64,000 nt of DNA from Epithemia pelagica. Lineage: Eukaryota; Protista; Bacillariophyta. Each line of letters starts with the position of its first letter. The stretch's first letter is position 1. The notes under the pieces are model-generated. The model was given only the letters and a program-made list of their open reading frames with translations. It had not been told where the DNA came from and did no database searches. Position numbers and translations under genes: made by a program. This document shows, piece after piece, positions 53,246 to 63,563 of the stretch. Location: positions 3,348,001 to 3,412,000 of the forward strand of contig OX337231.1 of NCBI GenBank assembly GCA_946965045.2. The letters run 5' to 3'.

Positions 53246-53735
53246 GCTGCCTGAAACAGAGCCGTAGTAATCTGCGAGATCGATCGCTTAACTGGTAATG
53301 AGTGGTTGCCTGTTGCTGCTGCGATTTGGCCCTCTGAGTCCCCTTCAACCACTTGGTCCACTATTAGAAAGCAGTGCCATACCCATGTAAAATAGCACGG
53401 TATAAAAATTGTGATCTTAACCCTTTCAGCCCGGCACTTTTTTTGGCCCGGTCACTTACCCCCAAGCAGGGGTGAGTCCAGGTCGCATATAAGTCGTACC
53501 TAAAGGTACATTCTCTTTCTCACCCCCTTGGCTCGACCACCCAAATTTGGCGATTTTACGACATTGATACAAATCGCATTTCACCTCAACGCATCCACCA
53601 CGGTGCCAAACAAGTGAGGTCGATTTCATCCGCATTGCAGGTTTTCCAACCACACCCAAGCCCCTCTAAGCTTTACCATACTACCAACGACACTTCTGCT
53701 TACTTGGTGTTGTATTCAATTGTCCATCCACAAGC

Positions 53736-55832
53736 ATGGACAGCCAGCAAAACACCCCATTTCGGAACAACAACAACGAAGGCGGAGATCCATCGACCGC
53801 ATCCGCAACCGGCTCTAGTACATTGCTTCCGTCGTTCCATTCGGTCCACAACCCTACCGACCGTCCTTCCCATGGTCCGGACCTTCTGCAACAGGCCATA
53901 GAAGCCGTCTTCACAGATTGGCATGGGAAGACCGCCCGTCCGTGGCAGATCGACGCCACAAAGCAAGTTCTCCTGCGCCACATTGGCCCTTCTACACCAC
54001 CGTCCATGCTACGTCCTCTCCTCCTTGTTCGTTCGACCGGCGGCGGCAAATCGGCCGTCCGTGACATCGGTGGTATTCTGTGTGGAGGGATCACAGTAAC
54101 AATTGTCCCCTTACTGAGTTTGGCAGCCGACCAAACGTCCAAATTGAAGCACATATCGTTGGCCAACCATCTTTCCAACCGCCTCCAAGTCTTTAATCTT
54201 GATGTTCTTCGTTCCGGTCGACTCAATAACATTCTCCGTCGTCATTTGGAGAATTTACCTAACGACGATCCAGCAAAGAAGAGGATCTTTATATTTACGT
54301 CACCCCAAAAAATCAGCAACGATCCCTCTTGGCAAGCGACCATTGCCCAATGTTGTTCCAATGGAACCTTACGTCTTGTGGCCATCGACGAATGCCATCT
54401 GTTCGCCACTCACGGAATGGAATTCCGTGAAGAATTCGGAGCATTGAGAAAGTGTTTTTTCAAAGTCCTACAAAAAAAAACCAAGGTCCCCATCCCAGTC
54501 ATTTTCATGACTGCCACAGCCTCCCCACCTATGTTGCAAGACTTGTCCAGTCTCACCGGAATCTCCTTCGACTTCTCCAACGATCTAGTTTGGCCTTTCC
54601 ATCATTCAGGAGTAGAGCGACGAAATGTGCTCCTTGACCTTTCATTCAAGGATTCTCCTACTACCCGCATCAAATCCGAGTTAAGGAAGACCTGCCGGCT
54701 GCCGGGTGGTAGGAAATTGATGGTGTATTCAAACTCGCGGAAGGCTATCACCAACTTACACGAGAAGTCTCGTGTGAAGCTTAACCATTTGAATCACCGT
54801 GATGGAATTCAAAAAGATGTTCTGCTTGTACACGGCAATATGTTCCGGGAACAAAAGTTCCACCATACGGACATATTTGTCGGCAAGCCTCTCCTTGACG
54901 AATGCCCAACGACTGGACGGGCTCTACAATTTGACCCTGTTGCGTACTTTGCTACTGCCGGCACGGCAAGTTCAGGTATCGACTGTGGCGAGGTTGATAA
55001 GGTTATTTTCCATGGAATACCTGCAAGCTTACAAGACCTGCTTCAGTGTTCCGGCCGATGTGGCCGAAGTCAGCGTGCAACACCTGCTAACTCTTCCTTC
55101 ACAATCGTCATGTCCCTCAACAGCCTTGTATCTATCATGACCCGTATCTTCATTATACCCAAATATGAAGAATCCAAAAAGGCGTCACAAACCGCAACAA
55201 CCACGGACAACGCCACAAGCAGTCCAGGAACAAAGGTCTCTGCTGCTACTACAATGCCTGCTCATGTCCTTGCTGAGCGCCAATGGCAGAATCTCTTGAG
55301 TGTCCTGTCGTTGCTATGTCTTGATAATGGCAAGTGCATCCATTCGCAATTAGAGTCCATGATGCTCAATCCACACCACCCATCCGTTTGTGATATTCCA
55401 CTTCGTTGCAATGGTGCCTGCTGGCGCTGTCGTGAGAAGCCCATATCTACGGCATTGGACTGTCGCGTTGATATCGAAGCATTGAAGCAATACTTCGTTC
55501 GTATCTTCATCACTGACAAAGTTCGTCCCTCCCAGCTATCCCTTCACAAGGACGTGTTCCTTAACACACTTGTTGATTTCGAAACTGAGGACCGAGAGGG
55601 CAAGAAGAAGAAGGCATTTGGCCGCCGAGTTTTTCGGATTAAAACCAAGGCAACCATAAGACAACGGGCTAAGGCTACCATCATGAAATGCTTCGCCAGT
55701 CGCATTCTGGAGCCGGATGTTGATGGCTTTCAGCTTCGAGTTAAATTGGGGTACGATACCAACGGCAATCCACGTATGAATCTACCTGGGGCATGGGATG
55801 GCTTTGCCATCTTTCCTTCTAAAGACTCGTAA
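53736..55832 (+). CDS. RecQ-like superfamily 2 helicase, transposon-encoded
   Basis: RPWQ (Q motif), STGGGKS (I), IVPLLSLAADQ (Ia), VAIDECH (II), MTATA (III), VYSNSR (IV), SSGID (V), QCSGRCGR (VI), C-terminal Cys cluster C..C..CNGACWRC. Confidence 0.9.
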   Translation: MDSQQNTPFRNNNNEGGDPSTASATGSSTLLPSFHSVHNPTDRPSHGPDLLQQAIEAVFTDWHGKTARPWQIDATKQVLLRHIGPSTPPSMLRPLLLVRSTGGGKSAVRDIGGILCGGITVTIVPLLSLAADQTSKLKHISLANHLSNRLQVFNLDVLRSGRLNNILRRHLENLPNDDPAKKRIFIFTSPQKISNDPSWQATIAQCCSNGTLRLVAIDECHLFATHGMEFREEFGALRKCFFKVLQKKTKVPIPVIFMTATASPPMLQDLSSLTGISFDFSNDLVWPFHHSGVERRNVLLDLSFKDSPTTRIKSELRKTCRLPGGRKLMVYSNSRKAITNLHEKSRVKLNHLNHRDGIQKDVLLVHGNMFREQKFHHTDIFVGKPLLDECPTTGRALQFDPVAYFATAGTASSGIDCGEVDKVIFHGIPASLQDLLQCSGRCGRSQRATPANSSFTIVMSLNSLVSIMTRIFIIPKYEESKKASQTATTTDNATSSPGTKVSAATTMPAHVLAERQWQNLLSVLSLLCLDNGKCIHSQLESMMLNPHHPSVCDIPLRCNGACWRCREKPISTALDCRVDIEALKQYFVRIFITDKVRPSQLSLHKDVFLNTLVDFETEDREGKKKKAFGRRVFRIKTKATIRQRAKATIMKCFASRILEPDVDGFQLRVKLGYDTNGNPRMNLPGAWDGFAIFPSKDS

Positions 55833-55894
55833 TGGTTCCTATACTGATAGGAACTCTCAATTCGTGTATTCAATGAAATAACTATAAAGTATGT

Positions 55895-58800
55895 TTAATG
55901 TAACGATTTCTTGTATAGCTCGAAGAGATCCAACCCTCTATCCAATTTATCACCTAAGGGGGTACCAACATCGTTCCTCGTTGTGAGTGAAAGAGCGTTT
56001 CCATCATCCTCCATTTTTTCAAGTCTTTGGAACAACTGCAGCCGTAGGAAATGGTCTTCCCGCTCTTTCCTTGCTGCTTCCCATTGTCGTAAAGCCATTA
56101 CATTCTTCTTCTCTATTTCTTGTACCGCATGGGCCATAACATCTTTTGCCGCTACTGCATTCATTGGAGCGACCTTCATCCCTGTTACTTTCCCTTTCTC
56201 AATAAGTGGTTCTTCCTCTTTATGTCCTTCTGTACCACCATCCCCTTCATCTCCCCGTTGGTCGTCCACGCTCCTGTTCTCGTCATCTTCAGCGTCGTTG
56301 TCTTCTGCTGAGCCGACACTTGTAGCGTCGTACTCATTTTCGGTACCATCCATCAGTTCTGTCTCTTCGTCAGCTATCATGTCTTGCAACTGTGTTTCTG
56401 CTATCTCGGTCCCCTCCATGTCTTTCTCTGGAAGACGTGCTTCTTCTTCATCTCCATCCATTCCATCATTGTCGTCCTCATCATCCGAGACCAGCAAATC
56501 ACTTGTTTGTGTCCCAAAAAAAGACGTGTCTCCCTCAACTTCCACCACGGCAGACTCGTCATCACTAAAATACGCAAGCCCATCAGCAGAGCCCTCGTTA
56601 TCTTGCTCTTTTATGGCCTCTTCGAGATCAATTGCCGAATTTGCGTTTGTTTCCATAGACTCATTGTCGCTGTTATCTCCTTCCGTGTGTTCCTTTTCCG
56701 TCTGTTCATTTTCCATTGTATCTTTCTGGCTTTTGAACGACTTCATCATCTGTTGTGCCTGTACAACAACATATTGGTGCGTTATGTCGGTTTCCACTTT
56801 GCCGTCTCCGCGATTTCGGATCTTCTTCTTCACTTCAAGGGAGGTTCCATCGAGTGCCCTCCAAAAATGGTTGCCATCAATAACCAAGGTCGCTTCTTTT
56901 CTCGTTTCGTGGCATCTGGCGAGAACAAGGACTTCCGTTACCAGAATGCGGTTAACCTTCGACTTGGGATGCGTGGTTTTCTTGTGTCGATCCCCTGGAT
57001 CAGCAAGTTTATCTTCTGTACTCTTGGTATTCGCTGTTGCATTATCTTGACTTGCGTCGTTCCTTGTGTCATTACCTGTGTCGTTCGTTGCGTCGTCATT
57101 TTGCATTTCCTTCATCTCCTTCTTCCTTTCGGCAAGTTCCGCCTCACCATCAGACCTGGTACGAGTATAGAACTCAACAAAATGCTTTGCTCGTTGGCAT
57201 GCAGTGAGCATTTGGGAGACTCGCACAAATGCGGCCTCGGTTCCATTGTGGCTCATGCCTTTGAAGAAAGGCATGAGCCGCTCCATGATTTGGTCTAACG
57301 CGCTTTCTTTTTGATACGCAGGATTTGGGTTGTTGCTTGTCTTCTGTCGTTTCGTCCGATTCATCCTGATCAACTGCAGAATGGAAATTGGTAATCCATG
57401 GTAATACAATTCGATCAGTCGCAGCTGGATACTGAAAGAGTTGCTCTTTTTGGTTACAAAGAAGATGGGGAGATAGTCAATTACCAATGCCTCCATAGAC
57501 ACGGCGTCGCCACTTTGCTCCGCTTGCAAGAAGGCGAGATATTTTTTGACGATAAGGAGGAAGTTACACAGAAAACGACGTAGCCAATCTTTACTTTCCT
57601 TTGCCTGTTCATTGAGGAAGGACATATACTTATTGGCAATAAAGACTGCCAAGTCTTCTTCCTCTTGGCGATGGACAAACCTGTCGGCTTGTTCTTCTTT
57701 CACCGTTTCTAAAATAAAAACATCAAGCATCATGCGCTCCAGTTCCTCATACACCAGAACTACCAACCGATGACAGAGTCGGTAGCTCTTCGAAACCTCG
57801 TAGGGATCCAGGCGCTTCCATTTCAGTCTGTGCTGCACGCACTGAAGGAAGCCGCCATAAAAAAGACGGTAGATTGCCTCCAGCATATGGAATCGGACAT
57901 GTAGGTCGCCGTTGATGGGGACGACACGATGGATCACACGAGAAATCGCCATTGCCTGACGATACGCTTGCCGGAAAGACGCTGTCTTGGAGTCCACAAT
58001 GGAGAGAATGTTATCAAAAAATTGGAACATTCTCTCAACCGATAATCCATCCCCCACAATGAACAGCCATTTGGATTCCCAGGAATCACCTGGACAAAAA
58101 CTCTCCGTGTGTTCGTCGTATCGTAACAAACCATGTAGGACCATGAAGTCCATGATGATTCCGGTTGCGCCGACTTTGGTAGTTTCATCCAGCACCGACA
58201 CAGGCAGAATCAAGAGTTCTGCAACCGGAGGGACATAACGCCATGTACGGACAACACGAGATTGGAATTGTCGGGCAATTTCGAATATGTTGCTGTCCTT
58301 GTTTTTTCTGAGCCCGTTGAAAGCGGCGTTGATGCGTCGTCTCGAACGGCAATTAGAGAAGGCCTTGGGCTGTAGAGTGTAATCCACATCAAGACCTTTA
58401 CGCCGTTTCACTGACAAGAACCGTTTAAGATTGTGTAATGTATTGCAACATGCAACCATGTTCACAAAAACAGAGACTCGTTGGCCAGAAAGGTCAAAGG
58501 GGTTGCCATTCTTCTCTAAGTCGGTGTCATAGGTACCACGGAAGACAGAAACAATATCACTGATGAAACTGAAAGACTTGGACTTCTCAAACGCGGGCAT
58601 TTGGTAAGGTGCCGGAATAGCTTGCCTTAGGAACGTGAGTTTAGGCCGTTCCAAATATGAGTATACCCACTCTGGAAACTTGGCTATATACATAGCCATG
58701 ACAAATCGCGCTGTTACCCGTGTAAAGATGCAGCTTTGACCGCTCTGGAATTGTAGGCGTCTACCGTCTTGGAGGTTGTCAAAGACACAAAGCAAGTTGC

Positions 58801-61093
58801 TGACTTTCCGAATTGATCTTTTAACTTTGGCATCGTAGGTCATGATCCATTCCTCAACTCTACGCTCCATCGTCCGCTTGGAGACGGATATACCGAACCA
58901 AACAGGGAGTTGTGTGGCCAGCATTGAATGCCCACACGCATATTGAGCCAATGCAAAGATCATGGCGAATGGCACGAACATGTGATTATTGTGCTTTCGT
59001 GCTCTTGCGACAAATTGGAAAAACACGTCAAGAGAATAACGAAGTCGTAGAAATCCTCGTTGTTTCTTTGGAGCCAATTCAAGTTTCTTGTCATAGCCAC
59101 TGAACCCCATTAATGCATTGAATTGACGTGGTAAGACACGCTCAAATTCAGCAGCAAGATGTCGTGTTTCGGATTCAGAGAGGAATTTCTCGAAGATGTT
59201 GTTAAATCTACCGAAACAATCTTCGAGCCTCTCCTGAATCCGCGAATCGACGCGTTTGCAGAACTTCTTCACAACCGGAACATCAACAATAGGGGGGGGA
59301 ATCAGAGGTTGTCTTTGAGCATCTTTGACGGCCACAGCTAGTGCCTCTTTGGATTCTGCAGCTTTTTCTTCCGCACACTGTTTGTTCTCAAGGCGCTCCC
59401 ATACACTTTTCATCTCCGCCATCATGAATCTATCTCCGTGACTTTCTTGAATAGCACGATGGAACAAGGTAAGTCGGTCGTCTCCACTTGTCTTTAGACG
59501 CTTAAAAACTTCCAACCAACTCCTTTCTGGGTGGTAGTCTGCTTGCATGAAAAGCCCCTCAGGGTAGTGAAAAACCTCGAACCATGACAGTAACTGTTGA
59601 ATACACTGTTGAGGAGGGAATGCAAGGTTGCAATCTATCGCTGAAAAGATAGGAAATTTCATTTCAATACCAATTTGGGTTCGTTCCACAAGAGTTTCAG
59701 CTAGCTGCTTCATCGGATGCTCTCCCTCAACCTTGTCTCTGTGTGGATTTTGATGGACCCAGCCGACGAGCTGTTTATATGGTTTTCCTTGACACAAAAC
59801 AGTCGGGATGAATTCCGATTGCAATGTGTCCCGCCAAACTTTCAACCAACGCTTTCCGTATCGCGGCGGAAGGATGGTCTCGTCAAAAAAGAGTACGACA
59901 GGGGTGTTGGGTTTCAGAAACCATACATCTTCCAACAGAAGAGTCCTGAGAGCAAATGATGTAACAACATGAATGGCGTGGGTTCCGGTAGGTGACGACG
60001 GTGAGGGTATAGGCGTGGCATCGGAAAGAGTGGACGATACCGCTGATTGTTCGCTGATTGATTTCCGCTTTTTGGATTGAGGTTGGTATCGTTGTTGTTT
60101 GGATTTGCCGTTTGAGGATCTAGTGACACCAGATGTGTAGTTTTTGGCCTTCCTCATGAGCTGTGAGCAGTTGTTGGAGGCAAGGGTAAGTTTTGACCGA
60201 GTTGTAGTAGCGGTTGGAGAAACAACAATCAGAGGAGGATGTAGCATGGCGGAGTTGCCAGGATTGGCACATGCAAAGGGAGGTTGGCGTCGCAAAGGAA
60301 GGAGATAGGCTCCTTCTTTCACATTCTTCACTCGTCCGGTGAGATGGGCATAGGTTGGAGAAGGCTTTGTAGCGGTAGGTGCTTGGATTGGGGTTGGAGA
60401 TGGATCGTTAGTAGTAGGTGCTGTCGTCGGCTCCTGGGTTGAGGCCGATGGAGCGACGGCAGTAGGGACAGTATACTCGGTATTTGGGGCATCCTCTGGT
60501 TGTTCTACACCTGGCGATTGTGCCGACAGTTGTAGAGTGGAGAGAGGCTTGGGAGGGGACGATTGAGTCCCAAATTCCATCTCGCCAAACGAATTTTTCC
60601 TGTGCCACAATTGGAACGAAAGAGATGAGACACCCCTTGTAGTTGGGTTGTGAGTCTGTGCTTCTTCATCGACTTCGTTTCCTGACGGACGATGACCAGA
60701 ATCGTTAGAGGCCAAGGGAGGGAAGGCAACCATTTCGACACGGCGAGGAGGCTGAGTTCGGTCAGAGGCAAGAGTGGATAAGGAACTGGCCGCAGCGCTG
60801 TCAAGAAAGGTAGATGGTTCCGACCTGCCAACATTGGATGATTGTTGTTGTTGTGGCTGCCGACTGGCCAAGGGGGTTTCGTAGGGAACGTTGGCACCAA
60901 TGGCAACGGAGGAAGCATGGCGAAAGGACTGAATACCGGGTGTAGAGGACGAACGGGCATGGGACGCAGGGGTGCTGTTTGTTTTGGCGATGCCTGCAGA
61001 TGCAACCGATTGTAAGGATCCCATTTGAGCATCAAAGGATTCTCGGGCTTGCTTCTGAGACAGCTTCTGACGTTTGTGGGAAGAAGAAGACAT
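55895..61093 (-). CDS. Academ-type transposase-like protein, 1732 aa
   Basis: CVFDNLQ, FIVGDGLS, PINGDLHVRFH, ALDQIMERL resemble the DN / GD / GxxH / DxxxE motifs of Academ (DUF6589-like) transposases; disordered S/P/T N-terminus and acidic C-terminus; lies within the TIRs. Confidence 0.75.
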   Translation of the reverse strand: MSSSSHKRQKLSQKQARESFDAQMGSLQSVASAGIAKTNSTPASHARSSSTPGIQSFRHASSVAIGANVPYETPLASRQPQQQQSSNVGRSEPSTFLDSAAASSLSTLASDRTQPPRRVEMVAFPPLASNDSGHRPSGNEVDEEAQTHNPTTRGVSSLSFQLWHRKNSFGEMEFGTQSSPPKPLSTLQLSAQSPGVEQPEDAPNTEYTVPTAVAPSASTQEPTTAPTTNDPSPTPIQAPTATKPSPTYAHLTGRVKNVKEGAYLLPLRRQPPFACANPGNSAMLHPPLIVVSPTATTTRSKLTLASNNCSQLMRKAKNYTSGVTRSSNGKSKQQRYQPQSKKRKSISEQSAVSSTLSDATPIPSPSSPTGTHAIHVVTSFALRTLLLEDVWFLKPNTPVVLFFDETILPPRYGKRWLKVWRDTLQSEFIPTVLCQGKPYKQLVGWVHQNPHRDKVEGEHPMKQLAETLVERTQIGIEMKFPIFSAIDCNLAFPPQQCIQQLLSWFEVFHYPEGLFMQADYHPERSWLEVFKRLKTSGDDRLTLFHRAIQESHGDRFMMAEMKSVWERLENKQCAEEKAAESKEALAVAVKDAQRQPLIPPPIVDVPVVKKFCKRVDSRIQERLEDCFGRFNNIFEKFLSESETRHLAAEFERVLPRQFNALMGFSGYDKKLELAPKKQRGFLRLRYSLDVFFQFVARARKHNNHMFVPFAMIFALAQYACGHSMLATQLPVWFGISVSKRTMERRVEEWIMTYDAKVKRSIRKVSNLLCVFDNLQDGRRLQFQSGQSCIFTRVTARFVMAMYIAKFPEWVYSYLERPKLTFLRQAIPAPYQMPAFEKSKSFSFISDIVSVFRGTYDTDLEKNGNPFDLSGQRVSVFVNMVACCNTLHNLKRFLSVKRRKGLDVDYTLQPKAFSNCRSRRRINAAFNGLRKNKDSNIFEIARQFQSRVVRTWRYVPPVAELLILPVSVLDETTKVGATGIIMDFMVLHGLLRYDEHTESFCPGDSWESKWLFIVGDGLSVERMFQFFDNILSIVDSKTASFRQAYRQAMAISRVIHRVVPINGDLHVRFHMLEAIYRLFYGGFLQCVQHRLKWKRLDPYEVSKSYRLCHRLVVLVYEELERMMLDVFILETVKEEQADRFVHRQEEEDLAVFIANKYMSFLNEQAKESKDWLRRFLCNFLLIVKKYLAFLQAEQSGDAVSMEALVIDYLPIFFVTKKSNSFSIQLRLIELYYHGLPISILQLIRMNRTKRQKTSNNPNPAYQKESALDQIMERLMPFFKGMSHNGTEAAFVRVSQMLTACQRAKHFVEFYTRTRSDGEAELAERKKEMKEMQNDDATNDTGNDTRNDASQDNATANTKSTEDKLADPGDRHKKTTHPKSKVNRILVTEVLVLARCHETRKEATLVIDGNHFWRALDGTSLEVKKKIRNRGDGKVETDITHQYVVVQAQQMMKSFKSQKDTMENEQTEKEHTEGDNSDNESMETNANSAIDLEEAIKEQDNEGSADGLAYFSDDESAVVEVEGDTSFFGTQTSDLLVSDDEDDNDGMDGDEEEARLPEKDMEGTEIAETQLQDMIADEETELMDGTENEYDATSVGSAEDNDAEDDENRSVDDQRGDEGDGGTEGHKEEEPLIEKGKVTGMKVAPMNAVAAKDVMAHAVQEIEKKNVMALRQWEAARKEREDHFLRLQLFQRLEKMEDDGNALSLTTRNDVGTPLGDKLDRGLDLFELYKKSLH

Positions 61094-61442
61094 GTTGTAG
61101 GTCGTTTGGATACCACTGCACCTCCACCACCGTGATGGATGTGTGGAGGTAGAATGAAATTTGTATCAATGTCGAGAGCGGCCAGGTCGAGCCAAGGGGG
61201 TGAGAAGGAGAAAGCACATCGTGCTTTCAGACACGCGGGACTGGACTCACCCCTGCTTGGGGGTACGCTCCATTTAGAATAAATAGATCTTCTGCTACAA
61301 CAGGGTATTACGTACTCTACTCCTATTCTATTGCACATTAGCGGTAGTAGCTAAGAGTATCCTTCAAGTTTGCGCCTACCGGTAGAATTGAAATGACCAA
61401 CGAAAACCAGCAAAGGAGTCCTTCTTACTGGTAGGTATAGAT

Positions 61443-62852
61443 TCATTCAATACGATAGAGAATTTTACCCTTGCTCTTTCCCGATTCCAAGTACTGGTGT
61501 CCTTCCGCTGCTAAAGGCAACGCAAAGACGGAATCAATCGACACGCGCAATCCTCCTTGGGCCAACCAGGTAAAGACGTCGTGACATCGTTGTTTCAATT
61601 CGTCGGGATCGGCAATGTATTCATTGAGTCGAGGTCGTGTGACAAAGGCCGATTTGGACAAGAGTCTCAAGAGGGGAAAGGCCGGAACGGCTCCCGAGGC
61701 ATTGCCAAAGGACACAAAAATGCCTCGTGGGGCCAAACACGCCAAGGAAATCTCATACGTGCTCAATCCGACACCATCCACGACACACTTGACCCCGGCA
61801 CCACCCGTCACCTCGTGCACGCGCTGGACAATGTCGACGGACGTATAATCGGCATAGGTGGCACCGGGTACGGTATCCAAGACGATTAATTCGTCGCAGT
61901 TGAGCGACTGGGCCACGTCCAATTTGGTTTGGGAGGTGGTTCCAATGACCTTGTAGCCTCGTAATTTGGCCATTTGGGCGGCCCATTGGCAAGTGCCACT
62001 GCCCACGGCATACAAGAGACACCACTCGCCCGGTTGAATCAAGTTGGCATGAGCCGACGACACGAGGTACTGTGCCGTCAAGCCTTGAATCATACAGGCC
62101 ACGGCCAGGTCCAATTCCAGGTCGTCGGGGACGGGCACGAGTTTGTTGCGAGGAACCAAGGTGTATTCCGCATAGGATCCAAACGCCATGTACACAACCC
62201 GGTCACCCACCTTGGGAAACGCCGTGTCCTTGTCGTCGTCGTCAGCGTCATTGGGATGCATGGCCACGACGGTGCCTCCTCCTTCTTGTCCACCGACAAA
62301 GGGCAATTCTTGTTTATACAAGCCTTTGCGAAAATACGTGTCAATAAAGTTGAGACCGGAATACGTGTTGTGGACCAAGACATGGCCAGGTTTCAAGGTG
62401 GGTACGGCATAGTCGGTTTCGTACTGTAACACATTGGCATTGCCCAATTCGCGAACCACAACCGCCTTCATGGTCTCTGGAATTGTCGTTGTCGTTGTCG
62501 AATCCGTCATGGTGGTGGTGGACAGGAACCGTTGGCTTGGTGAAACTGTTGCTTGTTGGAAAGCGCGTAGAGAAAGGGCCTTGAAACGCTGGCTCCACGG
62601 TACCCGCAAGGACTGTGATGTTGTTCTTCTTGTTGGACAAGAAGTGGCACTAGAAAATAAGGAGCGCCCAGTAGGAACTACAAAGGCTGCCCAATTCTTG
62701 GTGTGGGTTGTTGGGGCACAATAGGTTGCCTCCTTGTAGGAATGACCGGCACAACCAGTTGCGGCGGCGGCTGCTGGAACCAAAGAGCCAAGTCTCCAAC
62801 CCTTGCTCGGATGCAGCAAGGACAAGAACAACAACGAACCTCCTTTTCTCAT
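61443..62852 (-). CDS. qor: NADPH:quinone oxidoreductase (zeta-crystallin/MDR family) with N-terminal targeting extension
   Basis: GLNFIDTYFRKGLY, GQEGGG, YAEY, IQGLTAQYL, AVGSG, VDGVG, VSFGNASG, LESGKSKGK. Confidence 0.92.
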   Translation of the reverse strand: MRKGGSLLFLSLLHPSKGWRLGSLVPAAAAATGCAGHSYKEATYCAPTTHTKNWAAFVVPTGRSLFSSATSCPTRRTTSQSLRVPWSQRFKALSLRAFQQATVSPSQRFLSTTTMTDSTTTTTIPETMKAVVVRELGNANVLQYETDYAVPTLKPGHVLVHNTYSGLNFIDTYFRKGLYKQELPFVGGQEGGGTVVAMHPNDADDDDKDTAFPKVGDRVVYMAFGSYAEYTLVPRNKLVPVPDDLELDLAVACMIQGLTAQYLVSSAHANLIQPGEWCLLYAVGSGTCQWAAQMAKLRGYKVIGTTSQTKLDVAQSLNCDELIVLDTVPGATYADYTSVDIVQRVHEVTGGAGVKCVVDGVGLSTYEISLACLAPRGIFVSFGNASGAVPAFPLLRLLSKSAFVTRPRLNEYIADPDELKQRCHDVFTWLAQGGLRVSIDSVFALPLAAEGHQYLESGKSKGKILYRIE

Positions 62853-63563
62853 TCAGAAAAACAATCCGAACACAACTCAAGCATGAGAGCCATCGAGAGA
62901 AAGATCACATTTTTTCACCAAAAGATTTTTTCGATTCGCAAGCGCGACCGAAATCATTGTCACGACTCACGATTCACGACTCTACTATTTAAGCTATCGA
63001 AACGACACTGGTGCCGATGTGGAGTAGCTAGGAGTAGCAACGAATGCTCTGGCCTATAAAATCAAAACTATAGATATCATGCCATGGATCACTTTGTCTT
63101 TCGCAAACGAACCAACATTGGACGGAGAAACGAGAGACAGCGTGTGAGAAACCAGCAGAGAACGCACGTTCTCCGTTTCTGCTCCATTCCAAGGGACTGG
63201 GAATCCACTCATTTGGGTTTCATTCGATCCATTCCATATCCATTGGGACTGTTTGCTTCTCTTTTGTAGGAACAATAGCCGTGAAGTGCCTTTGCACACA
63301 ACACGGGGAGGAGGTAGAGAGAGCCACATGGGCAGTCGTTGCGTATGGTTGGTAGGAGTATGTGGCACAAGCAAGTACGTCGTCAAACTTCCTCACACAT
63401 GCTCACAAGATTATGGGCAACAACATGCATTCCAAACGAAAACACTTTGGGTCCTCCTTTATCTTTGGGGTTTGGATCCACGAAAAGGATCACCACCGTC
63501 TCTCTCTCTCTCTCTCTTTTCTATACGGCACAACCGACTCCCGGGTCAGGGAACAAAGAAGAA

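Larger units (their letters stand above)
53457..61265. mobile_element. Academ-like (AcademH-type) DNA transposon, 7809 bp
   Basis: Perfect 25-bp TIR TACCCCCAAGCAGGGGTGAGTCCAG (53457-53481 / 61241-61265), with further inverted blocks (27/28 at 53511-53538 vs 61185-61212; CGACATTGATACAAAT; CATCCA.CACGGTG) extending ~150 bp. Encloses convergent helicase and transposase-like ORFs. Confidence 0.85.

Noticed and set aside
53736-55832. Calling the helicase a host RecQ partner of nearby RMI1
   Set aside because: It lies inside TIRs with a transposase-like ORF and has divergent motifs; proximity to RMI1 (~21 kb) is probably coincidental.
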